A DNA stretch of 62,443 bases, counting the filler, from Choristocarpus tenellus KU-1152 (lineage: Eukaryota; Protista; Phaeophyceae), in assembly GCA_964200185.2 (NCBI GenBank). It is 12 parts of 12 records of this genome, joined end to end, with 100 filler letters (N's around TTAATTAATTAA, not from the genome) between each part and the next. Parts side by side here need not be neighbours in the genome. Positions count along the whole stretch, not along the records: positions 1 to 5,717 come from CAXNAD020009923.1; positions 5,818 to 13,480 come from CAXNAD020005790.1; 10 more parts are not named here. One strand, given 5' to 3'. Of the stretch, positions 1-12,808 are shown piece after piece; the stretch's first letter is position 1, and every line of letters starts with the position of its first letter. The position numbers and the translations under genes are program-made. The notes beneath the pieces are model-generated. The model did not search any database and was not told where the DNA came from. It saw only the letters and a program-made list of their open reading frames with translations.

Positions 1-903
1 TTTGCGATGTTTTCTGTGGCGGAAGGTATGAGGCGTGTGGTTCTAGCAGTGAGAGCAAAATTATCTGGGTCATCGCACAGGATCACCTTGCAGTTCAATG
101 CAGTCAACAGATTACACAAACTCTTTACAAGGAGATCTACCAGGCCTGTCTATGATATGAGGGAGAAGCATATCCTCATTCACCGCTTGCTTAGATCACT
201 GCAGACTCACTTGCGGCTGCATGAACCCACATGTCATTGAGAATATGTTTCACTGAACTTACTAAGACCTCTGCTCAACAATAGACACTCAATCGAGTGA
301 ACAAACGATATCCTGCAAACAGTTCCCCTAATTCAGTCCAATTCAGTCCCACCCCCCGCCAAAGTGATCAAGACACATTGTTGGCACACACAACACGCAT
401 AGCCTCCACCCTGAAAAATGTCTAGAGGCTGTTGGATGTGCCCAAAGTTGGTATAAAAAGCAAACATGACATGGAAAGCATAGGTTAGCAGTTACGACAT
501 ACACTTCTCTTCTATTACAATCCATCCAACATTGTCCCTCTTCCCCTACTCCCTTCCGCTCTAGATTTGTTACGGTTGAGATGCCTGAGAGAGGCATGTA
601 AGTGTAGACTGTGCAATCAACCACACCAAAGGACACACTACCTTGATAAAGGCTACTCCGTCTGAACCATGGGACCTCAGAACACCTCGCCTTTTTTTCG
701 CCTCCATCCTCACAAACGTCCTTTTCTCCCACCCCAGACCCGACAAAGTCAATCAAACTCTCTGCCACTCTCCAACCTTTAACGCAAAACCTCACTCCAA
801 ACTATGGAAATAATAAAAATAATAGATCCCTGCGAGGAAAGGTTTCCTTTCTGTCCTCAGAATCGACACCCTATTAAATTCACCCAACCTTTTTGTCCAA
901 CAT

Positions 904-966
904 TCCAGACAATGAATAATAATAATAATAATAATAGTAATAATAATAGTAATAATAATAATAATA
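904..966. repeat. (AAT)n microsatellite
   Basis: aataataataat... with occasional agt units. Confidence 0.9.
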
Positions 967-2713
967 GACACTGTGATCAAATACCTTCGCCCTGAAGAGG
1001 GATCCCGAATACCAGCCACCATTTCATCCCTCAAGACCTGACTCCAAGAGTAAAGGCAAAGACAGGATGAGGACAAAGAGCAGGATCACAGCAAAAAAGA
1101 TATGACGTGGGGAGAGGAACATCAAGTGATGGTGGATGGAAAGGAGTCTCTTTTAGCAATAGTCTAGTCTCTTTTAGCAGTAGTCTAGTTCTTCTAGCAA
1201 TAGTCCTTGCCCTGGACATCAAAGCTGTTTGTCTACCATCAGGCTAAGTGCAGATTTCATCTCTGTGCAGATTTCATCTCTGTGCAGATGAGCAATGCTG
1301 TAACAGCCCTAGGGCATGACTTCATTTTTTTTTTAACTCAGACCCACACAAAACAAATGAATACTTGTTCCCAGCTCTGAATTCAACCCACTACAAATAG
1401 ACCTTGATGCATAAGAACTGGTAGGCGGGGGAAGCAGGTGGAAGCAATCATTGAAACACCGTGTTTGCACCTGAAACACCTGAGGCACCTGAAGCAGAGC
1501 ATGCCCTCTTGGGGGTATACACCAGGGGGGTTATTGGCAAGAATGTCATAGGAATACTACCCCCACTTATCACCCCAGAGCTATCAACACTAACCGGCAA
1601 TCTTATGTTGTTTGGTACTTTTCTGGTGGATTGCAAGAGTAGGGGTATAGTGGCAGCACTAACATTTTTCCATTTGGGTGTGGAAAGGACCGGCAACAAC
1701 TGCAGCCCTCCCAATCCTACTGAAAGGGAAGATATGTTACTTTTTATACTTGTGCCATTGTAGGTGGGTATAAGGTGGGTGTAAGGTGGGTATAAACACA
1801 ATAGCAATGCAAGTAATCACATTCTTTGCAATGAAATCTGAAATGACCCCGTACGAGCTTCACACATAAGACATTGTAATGAGCGCCCTCGTAACTCAGC
1901 AGTTCAATGGGCAGGATCTCCTGTAAAAAATTGATGGGTTCAAACCTCCTCGAATCCATATTTCTTCACAGAAATCTAGTTTTGGTGGTTCAAAGTTACC
2001 TTGAAAACCTCAATGAATTGCACACCTGCACCATCCTATCTGTTGCTATACTATTTAAAAAAACATGGAAATCCCAAAAAGGGGTGGCAAGTGTTCATTT
2101 GGAAGCAACAAGAAATGTGATGACTGAACCCAACGCATGAGATAAACGGCATGAACAGAGGTGGGGCTTAATCGCTGTGCAACAGGTGCTCACAGCAGAT
2201 CATATGAAAAGCTGTGTAATGTGTTGTGTCTCTGAATACGAGTAGGGCTAGTTCCCAGGCTAAAGCAAAATATATATATAGAAATGTGACAATAAAAACT
2301 GTGGAGACACAGATGTAGTAAGTCACTCTTCATTCGCAAAGAACACGAGACGTTTAGCATCCATTAGAGGGAATGGGGGCAAAGGGACAACCAATCGATA
2401 TCTCTTTGCCCATCTCTTTCACCACAAATATGTGACTCACTGCAGTATACTTCCAGCCTTTTTCAAAGAACCTTGTCATATAGGTCAACTTTGACCTTTC
2501 AGCACAGGTGACACTAAACCATATAGTCCCTCCTCCCCCCCTCCCCAGCTACACAGAAGCTCAGCAGCCATTCATCCATCTTTCCTGCAACGGAATCAAG
2601 ATGAACAGTTGCCAATCTTTCCCTACTGATCCCCAGACTATCAAACAGTTACTTCAGGTCCATTATCAGATCCTTCCTCCCATCTATCTACCATGGTAAT
2701 AGGAAGTTCCCAC

Positions 2714-3547
2714 CTGTTCCCTATTCATCTCTTTGAGCTCTTCCTCAGAAGGCATCACGACCTCCTCTGTCCTTCCCTCCAGGAAATCGAAGTCAGATGC
2801 CTGGTCCTGGCCGTTGGTCTGACCATCGTCCACGCTGACTACCTTCCCTCCAATTTCCCCAGTACCTCCATTCGTTCGCTGTCTTTTGGACACCAATCTG
2901 TCGAGTGGTACCTTCACCTATTCCCATGTACGCAAAAAATCGGGATGTCCTGTTGAGGTGGTTGCCACGACAGGTGGTATGTTGGACACTAAGGATACAA
3001 ACACCATCACATATATATTTCAGACGTCCAAAAACAAGAAATCCCCTTTTCTTTCTGTCTGCACTGTTCACTACATCTCTGGAATCATCTCTAGAGATAG
3101 CACGAAGGGATATCTTAGTTGTTAGATGTTTGCTCGCAGATTAGTGCATCCAAGACTGGGAGAAGCAAATGTAGGTCGTACAACTGAAAAACTCATTATC
3201 CGTAGTTGATGGTTCCTACTGCAAGAGAACTACTGAATGAGCTCCCTGGCAGATGCTCAACATGTTCACTTCCCCATCACTATTTCTCCATGTGCTTCGC
3301 AACCCCACATCAACAAATGCTGGAGATATCCCGGGACAGCTGTAACCAACACTCATCCATGTACACCTCAAACCTCTACCTCGTCTCTGTCATTGGACTT
3401 GCGGCTCTTTTTGTGACCCTTCTTGTGAAACGAGCTCGTCGCACGATTTCCTCCATCTTCACCCGTATCTCCCTTGTTTGTGCAATCATTCGTCGCCTCC
3501 TTGCCTGGTGTTCTCTTCACGAACTTCAGCCCAGCAAGGAGAGACAT
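2714..3547 (-). CDS. 5' part of a spliced gene (exons 3547-3380, 2917-2714); charged low-complexity N-terminus, weakly reminiscent of CWF19L2/CwfJ-like N-termini
   Basis: The ATG-initiated exon MSLLAGLKFVKR...SNDRDE|gtagag splices in phase 0 to atag|VKVPLDRLV...EELKEMNREQ|gtggga. The family guess rests only on the N-terminal LxGxKF pattern. Confidence 0.5.
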
Positions 3548-5040
3548 CTATTTAAAGAAGGGGTTTGGGTGATATCTTTGCTTGGTGGCAGTACCTTGAT
3601 CCCCGTACTGTAAAGTGAGCGAAGATGTCACAATGAAAAGTTTATATATTGTACCAGATGCCATGACCCAATGATCCAACCAGTTTCACAACCCACTCAA
3701 GTAGAAGTACACAACTTCATCAAGAGAGGTGCCCGATTCAGAGTCAAATTTGGAATCAGATATCTACTCAATTTTGTAGTATATTGTAGTATCTAGAAAA
3801 ACGTAACGCTCAACGTTAGCGTTACCCTAGAAGGTTCAAGCATACAGTCTATAAGTTCCGTTCTCCAATATTTTGGGTGTAATGCTTCATAACGCTCGTT
3901 ATCATAATTACTAACAGTCAAATCCTCATTCCATTACACTCTTCTTATAACGCTCTATTCCATTGTCTGTTGTCACAGGAGTGTTTGGGATCGTTTCAAC
4001 TATTGTTAATGGATGAAGGAGCCAAATACCCAATGATATTCTTTCACACAATAATAGGTCGTAAGTTCGTTGTCGGGTTTTCCACCAAAAAAAACGCTCT
4101 GTCTGAGTGTCCTTGCAACTATACAATAGTTGTATTGAAGAGGAATGTGCCTTCTTGAAGGAACTGACGGAGGAGAACCCAGTTGACACCAGACTTTTCT
4201 ATGAAGGGACCCGTACATGTTTTCGATAATCAAAAAGTCCACGTAGCAGGCACTACTGATTGTACACCTGAACTATCCTGTGTTGTGTCCTTATATCATA
4301 AACCCAAAACATTAAGGCATTAGGATGAGAGTAAGAGCATGCAGTAGTGTGTTAATTACCCTGAACATGCCATACAGGTCTCAGAGAATGAAACGACAAC
4401 TATTTGGAGCAACAATAAATAGAAATACTCTAATCCAATCATTTTCTGAATAATGTTCGTTGTCAAGCAAATTTGTTTGGATCCATTTCCTCTATTATTA
4501 CGTCCGTTGTTTGATGAATGGTTGGATGAAAATCTTTCCAGTGTTGTTCTCGAAATGCTTGAGATTCCATTCACCTGTTGTACAGTTCAATTATATACAT
4601 TACCTGGACAAGGTTTTGTCTGAAATATGAATCGTGTGATTCTGTGGTGGCATGGTTCACTCAGGCAAGGGTGCTGAGGAGAATCACCAGGCAAGACGGA
4701 CCAGACGGACCAAGTTGAGCCGTAACAGAGAGGACAAGGTTAAGGTTTGACAAGTGCAAGACTGAAAGGACTTGCAGAAAATTGTGGAGTGAGAATCTTA
4801 TGCGAGGGAGATATCACAAAAGTGAAGACGTGACATCAAAGAGAGTCTTTGATATGTTAAATCTGTGTTTGAAAAGTTGCCCACCACTTGTGGACTGGTC
4901 TCTTGCAGAGATTCCATGCCTTAATTATTCAAAAGATGTGGATCTTCCATTCATAAACAAGGAGCCTTAATTGGTTCAACAGTATATGACATACGGCAAT
5001 AACGGTATAATAACAGACAAATATTGGTTTCCACAATAAA

Positions 5041-5717
5041 TACAGGCATGCCTGTACCTGCCCCAGGGCAGGAGGACAGGTTCGACAGGACACACCCATG
5101 GTAAAACACCTAAGCCAGCTATGAAGAGGATGGGCATCCCTAGCACTACGGAGGACGGCAGCCCCTTCACGGTGGACAGGAATCACGGCATGGATCTAGT
5201 TTTCCATGCAGGGGCACTGGCGGATACTGGAACAGTTCCCTACCGAGTCAAAGGCCTTCTGCTAGAAGTTACATTTACAGAAGTGTAGGCAACCTCCCAT
5301 CTTACACACTCGTCCACCAGCAATGGTGTAGCTGCTGCTGCAGCTGAGGCGCGAAAGCGCATCCACTACGAGAGCTCTTTTGATCCTCGTAGTTATAACC
5401 TCAACACCTTCACAATGGAAATTTTGGGGCAGCAAGCAAGCGGAATGCTTCCTGGATGAGCTGACTACACACATGGGGGGGAGAGGAGCTGGAGGATATT
5501 TGCAGAAAGGAGCGGTTAAATCTTGGCTATGCAAAATTGTCTCAGTAACTACGCAAGTGGCACTGTCTAGATGTGTCATGCGTTTTAAACTGGAGTCACC
5601 GGGGAGATGGGCACGGAGGGGCTTGTTGGATTCTTGGGATGCCTCCCTAGCTCCTCCCCCAGGGGGGCAGGAATCGGTAGATTGGAGGCAAAGGAAGGCA
5701 CTGGTACAACATAAATA
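5041..5717 (+). mobile_element. Decayed CRE-clade (RLE-type) non-LTR retrotransposon, 3' region: Zn-knuckle plus restriction-like endonuclease
   Basis: Frameshifted translation: RHACTCPRAGGQVRQDTPMV / MKRMGIP..EDGSPF..DR..GMDLV..LLLEVT..AAAAAEARKRIHY..SFDPRSY..FTMEILG / FLDEL..KG..L.KIVSVTTQVALSRCVMRF. This matches the CCHC remnant and R-D..D-V..E..K..Y RLE layout of CRE-like elements. It carries a stop and two frameshifts. Confidence 0.8.
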
Positions 5718-5817
5718 NNNNNNNNNNNNNNNNNNNNNNNNNNNNNNNNNNNNNNNNNNNNTTAATTAATTAANNNNNNNNNNNNNNNNNNNNNNNNNNN
5801 NNNNNNNNNNNNNNNNN
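5718..5817. other. Artificial contig spacer N44-TTAATTAATTAA-N44. Identical spacers at 13481-13580, 18816-18915, 26553-26652, 30329-30428, 34411-34510, 37327-37426, 41782-41881, 46781-46880, 49659-49758, 54365-54464
   Basis: Eleven identical 100-bp blocks. TTAATTAATTAA gives stops in all six frames. Confidence 0.98.
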
Positions 5818-5862
5818 ACCGCTTTTCCCTGCGGGAGGGTGGTGGTGGTTGGGGGGGGGGGT

Positions 5863-5897
<35 letters not shown>

Positions 5898-5904
5898 TAA
5901 ACGA

Positions 5905-6330
5905 ACGGATGGATGGTTAGATGGATGGTTGGAAGGGTAAATGAATTGAATCTTATTGTTGGATGGGTGGATGGATGGATGGATGGATGTGAGGGTGGAT
6001 GAAACGGATGTTGTTGGATGGATGGGTGGATGGAAGGGTGAATGGATTGAATCTTACTGTTGGATGGGTGGACAGATGATTGAGTGGATGGATGGATGGA
6101 TAGAAGGGTGAATTGATTGAATCTTACTGTTGGATGGGTGGACAGATGATTGAGTGGGTGGATGGATAGAAGGGTGAACTGATTGAATCTTATTGTTGGA
6201 TGGATGGACAGAGGATTGAGTGGGTGGATGGGTGGATGGATGAAAGGGTGGATGAATTGAATCTTATTGTTGGAGGGATGGACAGATGGTTGAGTGGATG
6301 ATGGATGGATGGATGGATTAATCGAATCTT
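5905..6330. repeat. (GGAT)n-rich degenerate minisatellite with a recurring ATTGAATCTTAYTGTTGGA unit
   Basis: The unit recurs about 6 times, separated by ggat/gggt runs. Confidence 0.85.
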
Positions 6331-6439
6331 ATTATTGGCATCGATGTGAAAATTGGGATCATTCTATTGGCTGAGTGTATTGGTATGGCGTTTTTGTTAT
6401 TAGGGTTAATCTCGGGGGGCATGGTGGGGGGGGGTGAGT

Positions 6440-6611
6440 AGCTCAAAGTATCTGGGAGGGGTGGCAGCTGTCCATTTGGGGCCAATTTTTTCATGTCTCG
6501 ATTTTTGTGTGATTTGGTTGCATACTTCGGATGGATAATGTAAATGCATTTTTCCTGGTATGGCCCAAATGGACACCCTGGTGCAGCCCCCCCCCCCAGA
6601 TTCCTTGGTTG
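6440..6611. mobile_element. MITE family A, full copy (172 bp), TSD AGT
   Basis: Termini AGCTCAAAGTATCTGGG ... CCCAGATTCCTTGGTTG, subterminal inverted GTCCATTTGG/CCAAATGGAC, AGT at 6437-6439 and 6612-6614. The interior matches 59050-59203 in reverse orientation. Confidence 0.8.
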
Positions 6612-7718
6612 AGTGTGTGTGTTTTGGTTGGTTTAAAATGTGATTCCTTTATGTTCTTGTTCTTGATTCTTTTTTCTACGTTTGGGAAGAAGTTTCTACT
6701 TCCGAGTACTGGGGTTTTTTTTGTCTGTATTTGTGAGTTTGTGGTTTGTAATGGCTTGTGTGCATGTATGTGTATATATATGTGTGTGTGTATGTATGTA
6801 TATATATTAATATCATTTTTTTTGCAGCCAATGAAATGATGAATTTCTGATCCAGTTATTTCTCGTGATTGGTTGGATTCGACGAGTGCTGTACCGATGC
6901 ATGAGGGTATGTACTTCCTCCCCTACGTGGAATCAAGAGATGAGAGTACAGGTCGTCCATAGACAGCCTGGGCGAAGACGCCTTCCGTGGTTACAAGAGA
7001 CGGTCTAAATAGTGATCCTTTCCTGACTCCATTTTGCACATGGGGTTGCTCTTGGTGACCTTAGGACTGGTGGTTTGTCTTAGTGTCTTCGTTATCGTTT
7101 ATTACGCTCTTCACATCGTGGTATTGTTCTCGTTAAGTCTAGGTATTAATGGATTCGATTCTTATTTGAAAAAAAGGTATCGATAGATTCAATTCTTATT
7201 TGAAAAGGTTCCGTGCATAACTCTGATGCTGTCAGATACACAGGAATCTTGCGTGTATAGTATATGTATGTGTGTGATTTTGCTACACAGTCCCAGTTCG
7301 CATGGTGCCTCGGCAAGATACGAAACCTCTCGAATGATAGGGTTAGGGTTAACCCTAACTCTAACCCTAAAAAAGAAAATCCTTGCCCAGGTAAGCTTTT
7401 GCTTTAACTCAATCCTCGTATTTATTGCGTTATTTGATTTGGTGAGAACAGAGGGACCGGGGCCATGGTTTTATGTATGCAAGAAAATAAATATTGTATT
7501 TCAACTTTTAAGAACGCTTTTGGATGATTGATACTAAGAGAGTTACTCCTGTATGTAATGGTATATATATACCCTTTACCCCCCCTCCCCCCCCCCATCC
7601 TGCCTGCCGTCCCTCCTGGAGAAATAAATATGTATGTATTGTCCTCTTCATGGCCTATTTTTTTGCCCCCCTTTTCTAATCTCAAGTTGTCCACTTCTTT
7701 TTTGTTTCTGTTGAAAAG

Positions 7719-9520
7719 TGACATGTTCTGGGCGAGGTTACCGGAGGATATCTTCACTTTCTATGCAGCGAAAACGCCTTCGGATGACACTGCATCGCAT
7801 ACCGCTAGGTGCTTTTCACTGGTATTGATGATGAAGGAAGACAATGAAAAGCCCAATGAAGACACCTTCAGGTAGGATACAATACATTGTGATACGATAT
7901 GATACGATACGATACGATGTTATGTGATGTGATACGATACGATGCGACACGATACAATGTGATACGACGCGATAAAGGGCTCTAGAAAGTCAACTGCTGT
8001 ATCATCCAGCGTTTAAAAAATAGGGTTATGGTTTCGCCACCAAACCCGGTATGACTGCCTGAGTAACTGTTGATGGTATATGTCAATTTTTTTTTTTTAC
8101 CATTAGTGGTAAGAACCGCAACATCCATATACCGCTCCCCCCACATTTTTTTTTTTAGTGTTCATTTTATTTTGTTTGAGGCGTGTATGGTACGTGTGAT
8201 AAAGTTCCCCAAGGTGTATGTATGCTGGCATGATGTGATGCTTGTTTGAAATTGTGTAGTTCAAGAGCCGTCCCTCGTGAAGGCGTTTGTTGCGTGTGCT
8301 GTTGTGTTTTCTTGTGTTTTTGGAAGGTGAGGTTGGGATTGGATTTTCTTTTTAATACACGAGATAGTAAATAAATAAATAAAAAATAGTAAATAACACT
8401 TGTTCTTGACAGGATGTGATGTGAACACGAAGGGCGTTATCAATAGCTCTTTTTGACATCAAGAGCTAATGAGAACCTGTATGATCTATTTTTAATGAAC
8501 CCGTGAAGAAAATGGATGTACAATTTAATAATCCAGAAAGAGGACAGAGGAGTTGTTGGTAGACGTTTTTGAGTGGCTTTTTTTGCTCTTTGAGAGTTAG
8601 GGCTAGATGTTGTACTCTGTTCTTAGTTACTACAAGATAGGAAGGGCTAGATGTTGTACTCTGTTCTTAGTGACTACAAGATAGGAAGGGCTAGATGTTG
8701 TACTCTGTTCTTAGTGACTACAAGATAGGAAGGGCTAGATGTTGTACTCTGTTCTTAGTGACTACAAGATAGGAAGCACATTCGTTTTGCAGCGCTCGTC
8801 CATTCTTTTTTATATTTTGTGTAATCTCCATGTATTTTTTTGCTGATGATGGTGTGCATATGTTCATATGAGGTTTTAGTCTGTTCAATCACCTTGGACA
8901 ACAGATTGGAGGATGGATGATATTTTGTTATCTAGATATGGTAATCCCCCCCCCTCCCCCTTTAAGTAGTAAAAAATCTAGAAAATATCGTTTTTGAAAG
9001 AACCATTTCTAGTAGTATGATAGAGATCAGAATTTGACTTCTACTCTCATTTTTTCCCTACAAAATGTCAGTTACATGATGCAGTTCCTTGTAAATCTCT
9101 CGAGGACTGCCCTATAGACATAGAAACACCAAAACAAAGAAGTGTTCAACATCAGGCTATGAAAGTGGATTGAAATTTCAATTTTTTGGGGGGGGAGGTA
9201 AATTTTTGGAAGGCGTGTGTGTGTAGCTCTCGAGTGTTGTACGATATTTGCACTTCTTGTCTTGTCGGAACAAGGATTTTTTGTATTAGTTGCTGGGAGG
9301 AATGTGCCAGCCTTCTGGTTCCTTCTGAAGATGAATGTAATCGCAGTATATTTGTGTCTGAATGGTTGCTGTTGCTTTGCTGTGTCTTCTCCCTGTGTAA
9401 AGAGCCCTTATGAAGAGATGTGCCAAGGACAACCTGTGGGATCTGAGCTTGCTTCTCCTAGAGGAGTGCCGGCGACGGGATATTATTCCTGGCAAATTTA
9501 TCTTTGACGAGATTTGCACG
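7719..9520 (+). CDS. Partial pentatricopeptide-repeat (PPR) protein; exons 7719-7871 and 9403-9520
   Basis: A phase-2 splice joins ...RCFSLVLMMKEDNEKPNEDTF-R to ALMKRCAKDNLWDLSLLLLEECRRRDIIPGKFIFDEICT|gtgaga. This fits the 35-aa PPR consensus (TF.AL...CAK...W..AL.LL.E....GI.P). Confidence 0.7.
8600..8776. repeat. 44-bp tandem minisatellite, 4 copies, inside the PPR intron
   Basis: GGGCTAGATGTTGTACTCTGTTCTTAGTKACTACAAGATAGGAA at 8600, 8644, 8688 and 8732, with no spacers. Confidence 0.95.
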
Positions 9521-9659
9521 GTGAGATTGGATGAAGAGTTTAATAAAGTTAGTTTAATATATATGTATGTATATGTATGGAACAGAGATATTATTCCTGG
9601 CAAATTTATCTTTGACGAGATTGGCATGGTGAGATTGGATGAAGAGTTTAATAAAGTTG

Positions 9660-9696
<37 letters not shown>

Positions 9697-11654
9697 AACA
9701 GAGATATTAATGTGGAGCGGGGGTCTTGAATTGTGGAATAATATTTGAGAATAGAACATTTTTTCAAGAGTTTGTGAATTAATACTTCTTGATTGTATGA
9801 AGTATTGCTTCGAGTATTGTAAGAACAAAAAAGATAGAAACAAATCTGAATTTTTGAATTATAACTTCTTGGTTGTATGAAGTAGTGATTGGAGTATTGT
9901 TGGAATAAAAAGGATGGAAAGGTGACGATGGAGTGTGGCACTTGTATTTGTAGAGTGCTAATTTAGAATAGAACCTATCTTTATTTGTGAAATAATACTT
10001 CTATGTTGTATTAAGTTCTGTTTCTAGTATTGTAGGAATGAAATTTCAAAACTAATGGTTGAACGCGAAATAACAATGCTTTTATGAGGCAATTACTTGC
10101 TGGGTACTTTTTGTATTATGAAGGCTGTAGTTGAAAAGATTGGAATAGAACTACCCTCCTATTAAAGGACAAGTATTTCTAAAATGGTTTAATAATAAGA
10201 AATCCAAAACGTATATTTGAGGAGATCAGAAGTGTAGCACTATGTATGAAGCATTAGAGTATAAATTTATGTTTTAGTAATGGCTCTAGCGTGGATTTTA
10301 AATGCAAGAATAAGTACTATAGGCTAGGATGAAGAGAGTGCACTTTTCGAAAGGGTTAAAAGAATGAAATTCTAAAGAACAGTGGTAGTGGTGTACAAAA
10401 ACAAAAGGTTGAAATCTTCAAGAAATATAACGTCAATAGTACTCTCAGTATTTAAAAATTGTTCCGAATGTAATTTTTTAAAGACTGAATAAACAGTAGT
10501 AGTGGTGTACAAAAAAATAATTGAACTTTTAAAGTATTAAAACATCAGTACTACTCTTTGTATTTAAAAAGTGTTCCTAATATGTACTAATCTATTTTTT
10601 AAAAGTAGGACTGAATTATTTGTTTTTTATAAAAACGTTGGTAACAATTGTATGAAGTTGCAGAACTGAGACATTCCTCACAATGTACTGTTGTATCTTC
10701 TCCTGTGGTAGTAGGATTGAGCATACCAAATGGTAGCCACTGTTGGATTATGTTAGTGTGGAATGGGTAGGTCCTTTTCAATCCCTAGAGTGGATCCAAT
10801 GTAGTTGCTGTGAGGGGCTTGTACAAGCTGTGCAGAGAGATATCTCACCGATCAAACCTCTTGAAGAATGGGTGGATGGCTTACACAGTTCATGGAGTGT
10901 AGTTCAATGTTTCCATTGGTATCCTTTGTGGTGTGGTTATGGCTACGATCACCCGCAATAGGCTGTTACAGGGTAACGGCTGATTGATCTGTTTAATCTT
11001 TTTTTTTTTATCCTGGAGAGCTGTGGAAAGAATTCGAATTTGTAGGGTTAGGGTTTCAGTAGACCTTTCCGAGAATGGGGTTGGGGTCATATATTGTATG
11101 GATTTGCCATTTCCATCCTAAAGTATAGTTAAGGATTTTTTTTTCGTACAATTATACCATACTTGAAGCATATTTTTTTTTTTAACAATGGCAGCAAGAG
11201 TGAAAAAAAGGGATTCAAAGTGGCATGAGATTAATGAAGTTGAAATGATGAAGTTTGAATGCAGTACCAAGTACTATGGACATGCATGTTAGATAAGGGA
11301 AAGTTTTTTGTGTTGGTAAGGCTGAAGTTATCTGGTGTTTGTTACTACCATTAGCTACATCTAGTGCATGATAGAAGTAGTGATATCAATTAAAAAATAC
11401 GTTGTAGGTGTGTAATCCATGGTAATGACAATAATAAATGTTGCGGGTATGTTACGCAGCACTAGAAATATTTCAGTGTGTAGGAACTCCCGTAGTAGTC
11501 TATGCATCGCAAGTATTTGGACATAATTTGCGTGTAAGGTTTGTATACCAGGGTCATGTGATGGCGTTATTTTGGCATGTGTGCGTTGAGGGCTGCATGG
11601 TAGAGTTATTAAAGGATTACAGGTTCAAGTTGTTGTGGACAGACAGGTAGTGAC

Positions 11655-11687
<33 letters not shown>

Positions 11688-12808
11688 GCACATTTTGTTA
11701 CTTCAGGGTAAGTAGAAAAAGAAAAAAAAATGCGCTGGATCATGCAAAAGGTTGGAATTCATCTGCATGTTGGGTAAAATGTATTGTATTGTGTACGTAA
11801 CGAAGCTGAATAGTATTGAAGTAGTGTTGGACATGGTCTTGTACATGGATAATGACAATGTGCTATTTGAGGTATATCTGGTGTGACTGCTACTCTAAGA
11901 GGACCCGGTGGTGGTTTGAAGGGTTTGCCCTGTACTGTCAAAGGTATACCTCATACCGACAGGCTTGCCCTCCTGTATTTATCAGGCGACAATCTCTGAT
12001 TTTTGAGTTAGATATTAGGGTAAGATTGGCAACCCATGGCAGTACGTATCCCTGTTCACATGACTACTACTGGTTTGTGAGGAGAATGTGTGACCCTAAC
12101 CCTAATTAAATGTTTGTGATGTATGTTTTATTCCAGGTATCACAGCATGTTAAGCTATCCTTGACGATCTGTTGTCCCACACAACCAGTTACATATTATT
12201 GTTCATTGGCTTGTATCACAGTTGGGAAGAGAGTGAGACATCGTCACTAGATGGGGCTCCCCAAACCTCGAAGTAAATGATTCAGAATACCAAATGACTC
12301 AACAGTTCTCTAGCACGCATTCGTCAGAAACACTCCGAATCTAACATTCCGCCATTTGCTTCTGGTCAAATGTCCTAACCCTAAATATTTTTAATGTCTC
12401 CCGCATCATGGTCTGTACATAAAATGTTAATTCAAATCTTATTCTCACAAATGGTTAAGCGTAATCTTGACATCTAGTGAACACCTCTTGGGTAGTATAG
12501 TGAGGATCTTACACACATTGTGGTTGGGCAATTCTCTGCATGTAAAGAGTATCATTAATAATAATATTATTGACAACGGTGATAATAATAATAATAATTT
12601 GTAGTGTTGGGGTCAGAATGTCCTCGTCAAGGCCGTGGTGTTCCGCTTTCTTACTGGTGTGTGTAATCTTTTGGTGAAATTTGAAGTCAGGAGGATGCCG
12701 GCGTCGTCGAGTACCTCCTCCTTCCTTGCAAAGAGTGTTCGAAATACCTCAAACTTTACTGTTCCTTAACAGAGGAACAGATTTTCTTTTTTTTTGTCAT
12801 TCTTTCAG

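Noticed and set aside
3802-3825. Small hairpin GTAACGCT-N7-AGCGTTAC upstream of the 3547 ATG
   Set aside because: An 8-bp stem can arise by chance and there is no other support
8600-8776. CRISPR-like array
   Set aside because: Contiguous 44-bp units with no unique spacers, no cas genes, and located in a eukaryotic intron
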